64,000 bases of DNA from a virus (Duplodnaviria > Caudoviricetes), in IMG/VR virus record IMGVR_UViG_3300042870_001240; one strand, written 5' to 3'. The position numbers and the translations under genes were made by a program. Each line of letters opens with the position of its first letter. Positions within the stretch are counted from its first letter, which is position 1. This document shows, in pieces, positions 9,545-19,631 of the stretch. The notes below the pieces were generated by a model, which did not search any database, was not told where the DNA came from, and saw only the letters and a program-made list of their open reading frames with translations.

Positions 9545-10363
9545 ATGACTAAATTAGGTTCAAAGGGAGATGTTGTTAAACAAATCCAACAAAAATTAGG
9601 AATTACCGCTGATGGTAATTTTGGTCCTGGTACAGAAAAATCGGTTAAAGAATGGCAAACCAAAAATGGTTTAACCCCCGATGGTGTCGTAGGACCCTCA
9701 ACTTTAGAAAAAATGGGGATTACTTCTGTCATTAAAGAAGATGTAATCATTCCGTCAGGAGGTCCATTAAGTCTTGAAAAATTAAAGGGTCATATTCCTG
9801 ATTCAGTAATCGCTCAAATCCCCGAGACGGCAATTAAATTTAACATTACAAACAATTTAAGGTTGGCTCATTTCTTGGCACAATGTAGTCATGAATCAGG
9901 GGGGTTTAAAGTGTTCCAAGAGAATTTAAACTATTCTGTTGATGGTCTTAAAAAGATATTCCCAAAATATTTCCCCGGTAATCTTTCAGAATCTTACGCA
10001 AAACAACCTGAAAAAATCGCTTCAAAAGTTTATGGTGGAAGAATGGGTAATGGTGATGAATCAACTAAAGAAGGATATAAGTTTCGTGGCCGCGGTTTTA
10101 TCCAATTAACCGGAAAATCAAATTACACTAACTTTACTAAGTTTATTGGTGAAGATTGTGTGGCAAATCCTGATTTAGTTTCGACAAAATATCCGTTGGC
10201 ATCTGCGGCTTTTTTCTTTAATAATAATAATCTTTGGTCTATTTGTGATAAAGGAGCTTCAGACGATGTTGTAACACAAGTAACAAAAAGAGTTAATGGA
10301 GGTACTATAGGTTTACCTGACAGAATCAAACATTTTAAAGAGTTCTATTCTTTATTATCATAA
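9545..10363 (+). CDS. Endolysin: peptidoglycan-binding domain plus GH19 lysozyme
   Basis: ADGNFGPGT/PDGVVGP PG-binding repeats; HESGGF, RGRGFIQLTG, TKRVNGG. Confidence 0.92.
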   Translation: MTKLGSKGDVVKQIQQKLGITADGNFGPGTEKSVKEWQTKNGLTPDGVVGPSTLEKMGITSVIKEDVIIPSGGPLSLEKLKGHIPDSVIAQIPETAIKFNITNNLRLAHFLAQCSHESGGFKVFQENLNYSVDGLKKIFPKYFPGNLSESYAKQPEKIASKVYGGRMGNGDESTKEGYKFRGRGFIQLTGKSNYTNFTKFIGEDCVANPDLVSTKYPLASAAFFFNNNNLWSICDKGASDDVVTQVTKRVNGGTIGLPDRIKHFKEFYSLLS

Positions 10364-10392
10364 AAAAACCCCCTACTAAGGGGGTTTTTAAT

Positions 10393-11091
10393 TTATAGGA
10401 AAACCAATTCATTAGTTTTTGAGTCCCATTCAATAGATAATGGTTTGTTATAGTAATAATAAGACTCATTAAGAACAGATGCGTTAATGTGGTGAGTATC
10501 ACCATCAAATACATATCCATACCCTGAGTGAATATGCCCACAAACATGAATTTTAGGTTTTACAACTTTAATTCTGTCGGCAAGTAATTCACACCCCAAA
10601 TTTTGAGTTTGGCCAATTACTTTATCAACATACCCCCAAGCAGGTCCATGAGTGATTAAGATATCTGTGTTCATTGGAATTAAATCCCATTTTGATTTAA
10701 GTTCTTCACCATTTCGAGGAAGATTAAACGCCCAATTATGAAACTCAGGTTGCCAAGGACTACCGTAAATTTTAACCATGTCGTCATAATTTTCGCCCAC
10801 CATTAATAACCCATCTTGTAAGTAATCAAACGATTTATACGAATCAATTATTTGCGTAGTTTGCTCAACATTGTCTTGGAATCCCCAATCATGGTTTCCC
10901 GCAATGAACACTTTAGTGTCGTAGTTATCCAAACCGTCAAACCATTTACAGAAGTCTTCGATTTCGTGTTTATAACCCATACTTGACATGTCTCCAGCAT
11001 GAATCAATATGTCTCCACCAGTCAAATGTTTTGTGATTTGATGATGTTTTGAGTGTGTATCAGATATAAAGGTAATTTTTAATTTTCCCAT
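10393..11091 (-). CDS. Calcineurin-like metallophosphoesterase
   Basis: SDTH, HAGD, AGNHD, THGP, GHIH. Confidence 0.9.
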   Translation of the reverse strand: MGKLKITFISDTHSKHHQITKHLTGGDILIHAGDMSSMGYKHEIEDFCKWFDGLDNYDTKVFIAGNHDWGFQDNVEQTTQIIDSYKSFDYLQDGLLMVGENYDDMVKIYGSPWQPEFHNWAFNLPRNGEELKSKWDLIPMNTDILITHGPAWGYVDKVIGQTQNLGCELLADRIKVVKPKIHVCGHIHSGYGYVFDGDTHHINASVLNESYYYYNKPLSIEWDSKTNELVFL

Positions 11092-11232
11092 TGTAGTTTG
11101 TTTTTATTGTACAAAATATACAATCGTTAGTATTATTACGAACCATACGATTAACAATAATAAGTCAATATTTTCTTTTAATTTTTTCATCTTATAAATA
11201 TAGTATTTTTTTTTGATTAATAAAAAAGTTCA

Positions 11233-11868
11233 TCAATCCCACCACCCTTTTATTCCACTTCCATCAAACCATTCATCCCAAAGGTTATCGTTTTTAACGT
11301 CTTTTTCACTTTGAGCATCGTATAGTTTACGATATTCTTCATGATTTTGACCTTTTAGTAATTTAAAAAGTTCTTCCCATTCTTGCCCTTCGATTTCGTA
11401 AGACCTGTTGTATACTTTACGATTATGTTCTTTTTCTTCAGGGGTATCATTATCAACTAAACGACTACATCTTGGGTTGTCTTCAACATCTTCAAATTCC
11501 CAAGGATGATGAACAACTTCACCTAACTCAGACTCTGCCATTTCGATGTACTTATCCTCATTGTAGTTTCGGATTAATTCAATTGCTCTACGCATGGCAA
11601 TAATTTTTTTCATTCTTGGCCCGTCAACCTCATTTCCATATTTTTCTAAATTGTCGGACATATGTACCAATGAAGTTTCCACAAACTGTAACATTGAATG
11701 GTTGTCCCACCAATAATGGTTAAACAATGGTTTTCTAAACCTCCAAACATTCTTAACAAAACGTCCAATGTCTCTTCTGAAAAAATCATATGTTTTATAC
11801 CACCAAGTATTATGTCGTATTAATCTTTTAAGACTATTCCCAAAAGTATCCACAAATTCTATATTCAT
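11233..11868 (-). CDS. Hypothetical protein
   Basis: 211-aa ORF, co-oriented with its neighbours. Confidence 0.75.
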   Translation of the reverse strand: MNIEFVDTFGNSLKRLIRHNTWWYKTYDFFRRDIGRFVKNVWRFRKPLFNHYWWDNHSMLQFVETSLVHMSDNLEKYGNEVDGPRMKKIIAMRRAIELIRNYNEDKYIEMAESELGEVVHHPWEFEDVEDNPRCSRLVDNDTPEEKEHNRKVYNRSYEIEGQEWEELFKLLKGQNHEEYRKLYDAQSEKDVKNDNLWDEWFDGSGIKGWWD

Positions 11869-11872
11869 AACT

Positions 11873-12106
11873 TTAAATTTTATGTATTAATTTAGCAAAA
11901 TTATCAACTATTTCAAAATCCACTTCCGGATTATTATTAACTCTAGCTTCAAAATTATCAAACATTTCTGATAATAATGAGAAATTCTCCACATCTTCTG
12001 GGTGTAGTGGTAGTGAGTTTTGATTCTTCTTTACAATGTTTTCTCCCAGAATTTCATCATAAATTACTATCCAACCTAATTTTGTTTTTTTAATTATTCC
12101 TTTCAT
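11873..12106 (-). CDS. Hypothetical protein
   Basis: ORF track, tight gene packing. Confidence 0.65.
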   Translation of the reverse strand: MKGIIKKTKLGWIVIYDEILGENIVKKNQNSLPLHPEDVENFSLLSEMFDNFEARVNNNPEVDFEIVDNFAKLIHKI

Positions 12107-12152
12107 CTCCTAATCATTGAATATTTTATTAAAAAATTTATTTATAATCCAC

Positions 12153-12404
12153 TTACTTAGTTCCCACACAATTATTACTACTAGTACTTTCATAGTTTTT
12201 TCTCAATTCAAACGTTTTGATTTTAACTAATTTACCAAAATTATCGTTTAATTTTTCCTTTCTCTCATCAGGTATTTCATTTTTCCATTTCCTAATGAAT
12301 TGTCTAAATAATTTTTCGGAAGTGCTGATTTGAGATTCTGTTAAACAAGATTCTAACACTTCTATAACCCAAGCGTATTCGTTTTGAACATTAGTGAATT
12401 CCAT
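12153..12404 (-). CDS. Hypothetical protein
   Basis: ORF track, tight gene packing. Confidence 0.65.
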   Translation of the reverse strand: MEFTNVQNEYAWVIEVLESCLTESQISTSEKLFRQFIRKWKNEIPDERKEKLNDNFGKLVKIKTFELRKNYESTSSNNCVGTK

Positions 12405-12407
12405 AGT

Positions 12408-12626
12408 TTATTTTTTAAATTGTTGATTAATCTTATTAAGACTTGAAAATAATTGGTTAATATCCAAGTTATTAGGTAATTGTCCTCCGTCTTTTGGAAG
12501 GAGGTTCTTCATATTTGATATAGAGTCAAACATTTTTTTACCGAATTTCTTCCACCAAATATACAACATAATTGTGATAGTTAATAGAACTACGACTAAT
12601 AAAGTTAAGATAATATTTAAAAACAT
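12408..12626 (-). CDS. Small single-TM protein
   Basis: N-terminal hydrophobic helix. Confidence 0.65.
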   Translation of the reverse strand: MFLNIILTLLVVVLLTITIMLYIWWKKFGKKMFDSISNMKNLLPKDGGQLPNNLDINQLFSSLNKINQQFKK

Positions 12627-12670
12627 AATTTTGAGATTTTGATTAATTATAGGATAAAAATCCTAACACA

Positions 12671-12973
12671 TCAATCGGTTATAATTAAATCCAAGAATTT
12701 TTTTATAGTACGTCTTACAATTTTTTCATCGTAATCAGGAAAATCTTCAGATATAAAGTTATATATCTTACTGACTAAGTATTTTTTGTTTTTTTCAACA
12801 ATATGTGCTTTATCGTCAATTAAAACATAGTGCATACCTTTATAAAATTCGTTGTCAATTACCGACACAGGACAATGTCTTCTAAGATACGTTAAAATTT
12901 TTGGGTCGGTATCATCTAGATACTTATCAAGAATATCTTTTTTCTCTTGCTCGGTTATAATTAATCTTCCCAT
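12671..12973 (-). CDS. Leader-family protein (MGRLIITEQEK)
   Basis: IITE leader; TATTTAT just upstream of ATG 12973. Confidence 0.7.
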   Translation of the reverse strand: MGRLIITEQEKKDILDKYLDDTDPKILTYLRRHCPVSVIDNEFYKGMHYVLIDDKAHIVEKNKKYLVSKIYNFISEDFPDYDEKIVRRTIKKFLDLIITD

Positions 12974-13003
12974 ACTCATAAATACACTTATACTTATAAA
13001 GAT

Positions 13004-13276
13004 ATGAGAAATTGTTTAACAGTCCTACTAAATATTGTCTTTCAAAAAGATTTAGAACTACTTTACGGTAAGGGAACTTTAGTTGAGGTTAACGAATTCA
13101 AGTATTGTACCACAACAAAAAACTATATTGTCGATTGTACCTTGAAATTAACCGATATTGTTCTATTTGAGGAAAGTAATGCTGGTGGATTACAATTTTT
13201 AGTCGAGGAGTCTTTAAAATACACAGGATTAGAAAAAAACTCAGTAACACTAATAACTTCATACGATTTAAGATAA
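13004..13276 (+). CDS. Hypothetical protein
   Basis: ORF track. Confidence 0.65.
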   Translation: MRNCLTVLLNIVFQKDLELLYGKGTLVEVNEFKYCTTTKNYIVDCTLKLTDIVLFEESNAGGLQFLVEESLKYTGLEKNSVTLITSYDLR

Positions 13277-13339
13277 ATGTGGAAATAATATTTGATTATT
13301 GTTTTGTTTGTTCTTATGTTTATATAAAATTATACAAAA

Positions 13340-13765
13340 ATGAAAAAAATTGAAAACGGTAACACCGTAACAGTTAATTACACAGGTAGATTAGAAGATG
13401 GGTCTGTATTTGACACTTCACTAGTTGAGGGTCGTGAACCATTAACCGCAGTTTTAGGTGAAGGTAAATTAATCAAAGGTTTTGAGATGGGTTTACTTGA
13501 GATGTCTGAAGGCGAAAAGAAAACAGTTGAAATTGAGTCTGTGGATGCTTATGGTCAATACCGAGAGGAATTGATTACCGAAATCCCAAAAACTCAAGTT
13601 CCTGAAGGAGTTCAAGTCGGAGAAACATTACAAGGAATGAGTCCTCAAGGTCCTGTAATCATCAAAATACTTGAGGTTGGTGATGAATTGGTTAAGATTG
13701 ACGCTAATCATCCGTTAGCAGGTAAGAAATTGATTTTTGATTTAGAAGTTGTTAGTGTCTCTTAA
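13340..13765 (+). CDS. FKBP-type peptidyl-prolyl isomerase (SlyD/FkpB-like)
   Basis: VNYTGRLEDGSVFDTS, LIKGFE, DANHPLAGKKLIF. Confidence 0.93.
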   Translation: MKKIENGNTVTVNYTGRLEDGSVFDTSLVEGREPLTAVLGEGKLIKGFEMGLLEMSEGEKKTVEIESVDAYGQYREELITEIPKTQVPEGVQVGETLQGMSPQGPVIIKILEVGDELVKIDANHPLAGKKLIFDLEVVSVS

Positions 13766-13778
13766 TTGAGATACTAAC

Positions 13779-14264
13779 TTATTCTATGATAAATGGGTCA
13801 CCATCACTAATTTCAGGGTCATTGTACTCTATTCTCTCAATATCGCTATCACCATAATCCCTAATATCTCCTTCATGGTCATAATCCCAAAAGTCTTCAG
13901 TAATACGTTTAGATGAGTCATCTTTTAACGATGGTATTGTTACGTAGTGAACCGTATAAGTTTTATACACTGTTTGAGTTTCAATTGTTTCGGCATCAAT
14001 CCTAAATGTTACTGCTCTCTCAATGGAGTTTGAATAATCCCCGTTATTAATGTTACTGTAATTTTCCACACAATAATTTAAGTATTGTATACTATACTCA
14101 TCATCACGTTTAGGTATAGAAAAATATCTGAAAACAACAGTTACACTATCGGGCTCAACACCACTAACACGGTAATTCCTTAATTCCTTTTGTAATTTTA
14201 CAAGGGAATTTTGTGCGACAATGTACTTGACAATCAACATTTCTTTTTTGGTTAACTTATCCAT
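13779..14264 (-). CDS. Hypothetical protein
   Basis: ORF with TATTTAT upstream. Confidence 0.7.
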   Translation of the reverse strand: MDKLTKKEMLIVKYIVAQNSLVKLQKELRNYRVSGVEPDSVTVVFRYFSIPKRDDEYSIQYLNYCVENYSNINNGDYSNSIERAVTFRIDAETIETQTVYKTYTVHYVTIPSLKDDSSKRITEDFWDYDHEGDIRDYGDSDIERIEYNDPEISDGDPFIIE

Positions 14265-14338
14265 ATCTGATAAATATGATATAATTTGATTAATTAAAGT
14301 ATTTCAACTAACTTTATATAAACAATTAAAAAAAAATT

Positions 14339-14671
14339 ATGAACGAAAAAATGAAAACCGTTGTTGACAACGTTAAAAAAGTGTTAAAAAGTATTACTAT
14401 CTATTCCATTATTGGTCTATCTTGTATCGCATCCTTCTTTATTGGGTATTACTACAATAAGATGAATAACAAACCGCAAGAGGTAAAAACAGAGGTAATT
14501 AAAGTTAAACAACGTGATGTTAATTTAGCTATCGACCAAAACAACAACTTAATCATCATTGACATTAAGTCAGGAGATTATACTATTTATGAAGACTCGA
14601 TAGGTAACACAATCTTCTCATTGTATGCAAAAAATGTGTGGGGACAACACACTCAAGTAACTAATCCTTAA
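14339..14671 (+). CDS. Membrane-anchored hypothetical protein
   Basis: N-terminal TM segment; upstream of the SLT gene. Confidence 0.7.
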   Translation: MNEKMKTVVDNVKKVLKSITIYSIIGLSCIASFFIGYYYNKMNNKPQEVKTEVIKVKQRDVNLAIDQNNNLIIIDIKSGDYTIYEDSIGNTIFSLYAKNVWGQHTQVTNP

Positions 14672-14682
14672 AAACTAAATCC

Positions 14683-15237
14683 ATGAGTATACAAAAAACA
14701 TTATTAGTTGTCTTATTTTCAATCGCTGTCATAGTTTTACTATGTTCTAACGAATTAAAAAAAGATATTATATATAAGTCTTTTGATAGGATAGATTTTG
14801 GTCATAGTAGTGACATCAACAAACCATCATCAATATTGATGTATGAAAACTTGGAGAAGTATTCTAAAGAATACAAGATTCCAAAACACATTATTTATAA
14901 TATCGCATTTTTAGAAACACGATACGAGGGGCCGTTTGATTGGGGTTACAATCCCGAAAGAACATCCCCCGTTGGTGCGGTTGGTCCAATGCAAGTTATG
15001 CCTTCGACCGCTGATTATATTTGTCATAAAAAAGTATCAGTTAAAAAATTAAAGACGGACATTAGATTTAACATTGAGACGAGTGTCAAATTATTACAAA
15101 TACTATATAAAAAATATGGGAATTGGGAAATAGTTTGTGGTTGTTATAATACGGGTCGACCGATGATTAATGATTACGCACGTTTTTGTGATAAAAATAA
15201 AAACTATCAAAAAAATTGGAAATACCTTAAGTACTAA
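14683..15237 (+). CDS. Lytic transglycosylase (SLT domain) with N-terminal hydrophobic anchor
   Basis: LETRY (catalytic Glu), GAVGPMQVMPST, YNTG. Confidence 0.85.
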   Translation: MSIQKTLLVVLFSIAVIVLLCSNELKKDIIYKSFDRIDFGHSSDINKPSSILMYENLEKYSKEYKIPKHIIYNIAFLETRYEGPFDWGYNPERTSPVGAVGPMQVMPSTADYICHKKVSVKKLKTDIRFNIETSVKLLQILYKKYGNWEIVCGCYNTGRPMINDYARFCDKNKNYQKNWKYLKY

Positions 15238-15623
15238 TCATACATTTTCTTTTCAATTCTAGGGTATTTCTTTTCAAACTTCTTCATCACTTGTCCTGAT
15301 ATTGCATTAGCCTCATCTTCATTTTGACCACCAATATCTGGACCTCGTCTTCTATTTAAAACTTTCATCTGATATTCATGGGTCCATTCGTGAGCAAGTG
15401 TTCGTAAAATATCTCGGTTAATTCGACCTTTAGTTAAAACTCGTAATTCACCATCATGAGTTCTTGACCCTGTTGTCATTTCACCAATCCTGTCACCCAA
15501 AAAAACTATTGTTACGTCTTTTTTTAGGGGATATTCTTTTTGGAGAAATTTAATAAAGTTATTATAGAACTTATATTCGTCCTTTTCAATCCCTGAATTT
15601 CTGTGTATAACGGTAACTTTCAT
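15234..15623 (-). CDS. HExxH metallopeptidase-like protein
   Basis: LAHEWTHEYQ...EDEANA; start after TATTTAT. Confidence 0.7.
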   Translation of the reverse strand: MKVTVIHRNSGIEKDEYKFYNNFIKFLQKEYPLKKDVTIVFLGDRIGEMTTGSRTHDGELRVLTKGRINRDILRTLAHEWTHEYQMKVLNRRRGPDIGGQNEDEANAISGQVMKKFEKKYPRIEKKMYD

Positions 15624-15672
15624 ATTATTATAAATATAGTAGACTAAGGTATAATTACACAAAATTTACTCA

Positions 15673-16206
15673 TTAGTTGTTTTTTAAATATTCTGTAAAC
15701 GTTTGACAAACTTTATCTTTATCAGAGATTAATAACTCATCAACATTTAAATTAGTAATACATTCAATTATTTCAGGAACTGAACTCCATAGGATAGACC
15801 CTTCATCAGGTTGTGAATATTTCTCATCCACCAAATACTGAACAACCGTATTATCCTCGGTAGTTATAAATCCATGAGCAAATCCTTTTGGGACATATAA
15901 TTCATATCCCGAATTTACTTCGTATATAAAACATTTACCGTAGTCTTCAGAATCTTTACGTAAATCAACAACAAAATCAATAATGTTACCCGTAATAACT
16001 TTAACTAACTTAGTTTGAGCATATTCCCCCGATTGATAGTGTAATCCTCTAAGAGTATATTTCTTAGGGTTTACACTAATATTACTTTGTAACCATTCCT
16101 TAATTAAATAAAGGTGATTCCCATCTTTAAATTTAAGAGGTAAGGGGGCAAATGTCCCCCTATTATCTTTGAATACGGGGTCGTATATTAATAAACTTTT
16201 TTCCAT
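15673..16206 (-). CDS. rmlC: dTDP-4-dehydrorhamnose 3,5-epimerase
   Basis: DNRGTF, LRGLHYQ, YVPKGFAHGF. Confidence 0.9.
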   Translation of the reverse strand: MEKSLLIYDPVFKDNRGTFAPLPLKFKDGNHLYLIKEWLQSNISVNPKKYTLRGLHYQSGEYAQTKLVKVITGNIIDFVVDLRKDSEDYGKCFIYEVNSGYELYVPKGFAHGFITTEDNTVVQYLVDEKYSQPDEGSILWSSVPEIIECITNLNVDELLISDKDKVCQTFTEYLKNN

Positions 16207-16207
16207 T

Positions 16208-17329
16208 TTAATTTGATAACGGTGCTTTTATACTTGGATGTGATTCATAGTTTTCTAGTATCACATCTCCAACTGAACTACAGAATATACCATCCCTAAC
16301 GTGTACCGTTGGTAACTTCATAGGTTCTCTACTAATTTGTTCTTTCGCCTGTTCAATATGATTTGAATATAAGTGAACGTCACCTAGATTACCAATCAAT
16401 TCATCAGGAACCATATTCATCTCATCGGCAATCATCATCAATAATAAACCGTATGATGCAATATTGAACGGTAGTCCAAGTAGTGTATCTACTGAACGTT
16501 GATTCCACATTAGAGAGATTGCTCGTTTAGGGTACCCATTATCATCTAACCATTTAGAGTATGAATAATCTCTATCCAGACTATCATTATGACCAAATAA
16601 ATCACATCTTCCTTTATGACTCAACTCTCTTGTATAAACTTGAAAACCATAATGACAAGGTGGAAGCACCATTTTATCTATCTCACCTACATTCCAAGCA
16701 TTAACCATTAATCGTCTTGAGTCTGGATTTGTTTTAAGGTCGTTGATTAGGTTTTGAATTTGGTCAATTGAATTATTTTGGTACGTTACTTTAACATCAT
16801 ATTTACTATAATCACCACCATCATGAATTAAGTCCATAACTTTAACTTTGTCAGAACTTTTTACATTTTCTAAATCATAATTTACTACATTCTTTCTTCC
16901 CCACTTTCTCCACTGCTTACCATAAATTGGACCTAATTCACCCCACTTCTCAGCAAACTCATCATCTGTTTTGATTTTGTTGATGAATTCTTCTATTGTT
17001 AAAAGTATAGGTCTAACTCCATACTCCCCAATTTTACTGCCTTCTTTAAGAATATAGTACTTATACGCATCACCATCCCAAATATGACAATTGTTATCAA
17101 CAAGGAATTTAATGTGTGTATCACCTCGTAAGAACCAAAGAAGTTCTGTTACAATTGATTTCCAAGCCATCTTTTTAGTTGTGAGTAAAGGAAACCCATC
17201 ACTCATTTTATGACGTATTTGTCTACCAAACACTGATAGTGTTCCCGTGCCTGTTCTGTCTTGTTTAGTCACTCCATTATCTAAGATGTCTTGAAGTAGG
17301 TCTGTGTATTGTTTATCTAATTTATTCAT
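16208..17329 (-). CDS. thyA: Thymidylate synthase with three insertions
   Basis: DRTGTGT, ELLWFLRG, LPPCH, QRSVD..LGLPFN, GDVHLYSNH. Confidence 0.97.
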   Translation of the reverse strand: MNKLDKQYTDLLQDILDNGVTKQDRTGTGTLSVFGRQIRHKMSDGFPLLTTKKMAWKSIVTELLWFLRGDTHIKFLVDNNCHIWDGDAYKYYILKEGSKIGEYGVRPILLTIEEFINKIKTDDEFAEKWGELGPIYGKQWRKWGRKNVVNYDLENVKSSDKVKVMDLIHDGGDYSKYDVKVTYQNNSIDQIQNLINDLKTNPDSRRLMVNAWNVGEIDKMVLPPCHYGFQVYTRELSHKGRCDLFGHNDSLDRDYSYSKWLDDNGYPKRAISLMWNQRSVDTLLGLPFNIASYGLLLMMIADEMNMVPDELIGNLGDVHLYSNHIEQAKEQISREPMKLPTVHVRDGIFCSSVGDVILENYESHPSIKAPLSN

Positions 17330-18005
17330 AACTTTCTATTGTTTTATTGTTGTATGTTATTGTGATTAGTTTGGTTGGTATGTTTAAGTCACTTAGTAAA
17401 TGATGTCTTTCTACATCATCTGGTCTTTGGTCTATACCGCCAGTATAAATTGGGTTATTAAAAGCGTATGTATATAAATCTTGTCTAATTTCTTTATTGA
17501 TTTTATCTGCCAATAATAATCTTTCTTCCAAACTCAACTCTCTTTCCTCAATCTTTAATCCCCACTTTTCAGAGAACTCTGGATTGGTTTTACATTTGTT
17601 GATGAATTCTTCTTGTGTTATTCCGTTATAATGACCAGGTGGTGAAATGTGTGTTTCACCATTTTCAGTTTTAATAACTTTAGTTTGTGTATAGTTCTTA
17701 TAAGCCTCATCAATTATTGATGTTGAATATTCCACGTCTTCATAAGCACCGTCAGGTCCAATTTGAAAATCATCACTTACGTATGGTTCATTTTCCAATC
17801 CGTCCATTAAAGTTACATCCCAATCATTATCAATATCCTGAGCATGTTTTAACTCTGCATCATAAAACGATTGAATATCAAATTCAATTGGTCCATACTC
17901 TCCATCAGAACAATCAAATACAATTTTATCACCTACAAACTTTATGTATGCGTTTCTCGACCACTTAGAGTCACCTTGATATATTACTGTTTCTTTGTTG
18001 TTCAT
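17322..18005 (-). CDS. Hypothetical protein whose C-terminus resembles ThyA insertion segments
   Basis: EEFINKCKT..EFSEKWG and ERELS match the adjacent ThyA. Confidence 0.7.
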   Translation of the reverse strand: MNNKETVIYQGDSKWSRNAYIKFVGDKIVFDCSDGEYGPIEFDIQSFYDAELKHAQDIDNDWDVTLMDGLENEPYVSDDFQIGPDGAYEDVEYSTSIIDEAYKNYTQTKVIKTENGETHISPPGHYNGITQEEFINKCKTNPEFSEKWGLKIEERELSLEERLLLADKINKEIRQDLYTYAFNNPIYTGGIDQRPDDVERHHLLSDLNIPTKLITITYNNKTIESYE

Positions 18006-18009
18006 CTTA

Positions 18010-18459
18010 TTATAATTTTGTCATCCATAAATAATATTCTGTAGTATTGGATGACCCCATTGAGATATCAACAAATCGAGCACCAAGAATACTTCCCAAA
18101 ATAACATTATTATCGTTTATATTACCACTTAAATTACCAAACGGAGTATTATTTATTGTTAAATTATAAACCGACCCCGTGCAATAAAAACTATATGTGG
18201 ACGCATAAGAATTATAATGATAATTTGTGTTATTGTCAAAAGTTAAAGTGTCGTTTAATGGTAAAATTGTTCCGTATTGTCCGACTCTATATTGAGTGAT
18301 TACCCATGTCTGACCTACAACGGTTTGAGGTGTTGTTATCGGTCCTGTATAAGGAGGAACAACGATTGGTTGATTGTTATTATTGTTTGGGGTTAATTCT
18401 TCTTTCTGACAAGAAAAAAGAAACACAGTTAAAATTACGAATAGAATACTTTTTTTCAT
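18010..18459 (-). CDS. Lipoprotein
   Basis: Lipobox LFS-C followed by QKEE, resembling a Bacteroidota lipoprotein export signal. Confidence 0.75.
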   Translation of the reverse strand: MKKSILFVILTVFLFSCQKEELTPNNNNNQPIVVPPYTGPITTPQTVVGQTWVITQYRVGQYGTILPLNDTLTFDNNTNYHYNSYASTYSFYCTGSVYNLTINNTPFGNLSGNINDNNVILGSILGARFVDISMGSSNTTEYYLWMTKL

Positions 18460-18530
18460 GGAATATTAGTTTTCACAAAAATAGTAAAAATATATCGAAA
18501 TATAAATAAAATATTATCTAAATAACTGGA

Positions 18531-19106
18531 TTATACTTTTTTATCCGCCGGTATGGAATCCGTCAATGATACCGTAAGACCTTTTCCGTATTCGTCTTGT
18601 CTTGATGGTTTTGTTGTGACAACATAATTAGGGTAAGTAAGAACTGCTTGGTCTTTAAGTTTAACTTCAATTCCTTTTCTATCCAAGATTCCTTTAACGA
18701 ACCTTTCACCTGATAAACCTAATTTACCTATAGTAGGGATACCTTTATTACTTACAAAGAAAACCCAATTACCTTCTTCCTTTGTAATTAATTTGGCAAT
18801 ACTATTACCAACTTTCGCCACGTCATTACTTTCCCATTCTTTACTACTTTCATTATAAACATAACCTAATTCAGATTCTTTAGGTAATTTCATGTTAGTT
18901 TTTACCGCCTTATTATTATTTTTTTGTCCCCAAACATTGAAAGTATCCCCATTAGACACAAAATATAATTTATTCGCCATTGTGTTTTCGGAATAACCAT
19001 CCTTTCTTGAGAACACATAGTCATATGTTGGTTCTGATTGTTCTCTAATAACTCTTTTTACAATATTTGCTAAATCGGTTTCGGTTAATCTTATTATTTT
19101 TGTCAT
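18531..19106 (-). CDS. Leader-family protein (MTKIIRLTETDL)
   Basis: RLTE.DL..IVKRVI.EQ leader. Confidence 0.75.
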   Translation of the reverse strand: MTKIIRLTETDLANIVKRVIREQSEPTYDYVFSRKDGYSENTMANKLYFVSNGDTFNVWGQKNNNKAVKTNMKLPKESELGYVYNESSKEWESNDVAKVGNSIAKLITKEEGNWVFFVSNKGIPTIGKLGLSGERFVKGILDRKGIEVKLKDQAVLTYPNYVVTTKPSRQDEYGKGLTVSLTDSIPADKKV

Positions 19107-19189
19107 TCCCTATAATTTTATTTCAATAAATAGTTTGTTTTTAAGAAAAAAAGTTTTAGTTTTGTATTGTATCATTAAAACATATAAAA

Positions 19190-19588
19190 ATGAAAAAAAT
19201 ATTTCTAATTATCTCTATGAGTTTGTTATCAGTAACATTATTCTCACAAGTATTTCACAATCAAACTAGTAATAATCTACGATACGCTGGCGGATTAACC
19301 CCCCAAGTTTTTGAGATGTTAGATACTCAAGAAAGACAGATGTTGTTTGATTGTATTTCCGAGTGTGGTGTTAATAAAGATTCTGTTATTTGGATTCAAA
19401 AAAATGTTTACGACAATCTTGATAATCCTGATTATTACCACACAAAAATTGTTATAAAAAGAACTTCAAGTAGAATTTCAATTTCTAAAGTTTACGATGG
19501 TCTCAACACTCTTGAAAAACCTCAATTTATGGTGTTTATTGACCGATATAACGGTGAAACTGAAATCCTACTACAAATGTATTATTAA
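19190..19588 (+). CDS. Secreted hypothetical protein
   Basis: Signal peptide MKKIFLII..TLFS-Q. Confidence 0.7.
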   Translation: MKKIFLIISMSLLSVTLFSQVFHNQTSNNLRYAGGLTPQVFEMLDTQERQMLFDCISECGVNKDSVIWIQKNVYDNLDNPDYYHTKIVIKRTSSRISISKVYDGLNTLEKPQFMVFIDRYNGETEILLQMYY

Positions 19589-19631
19589 AGAATTTGTATA
19601 ATAAAAAAACCCCTTAATTGGGGTTTTTTTA

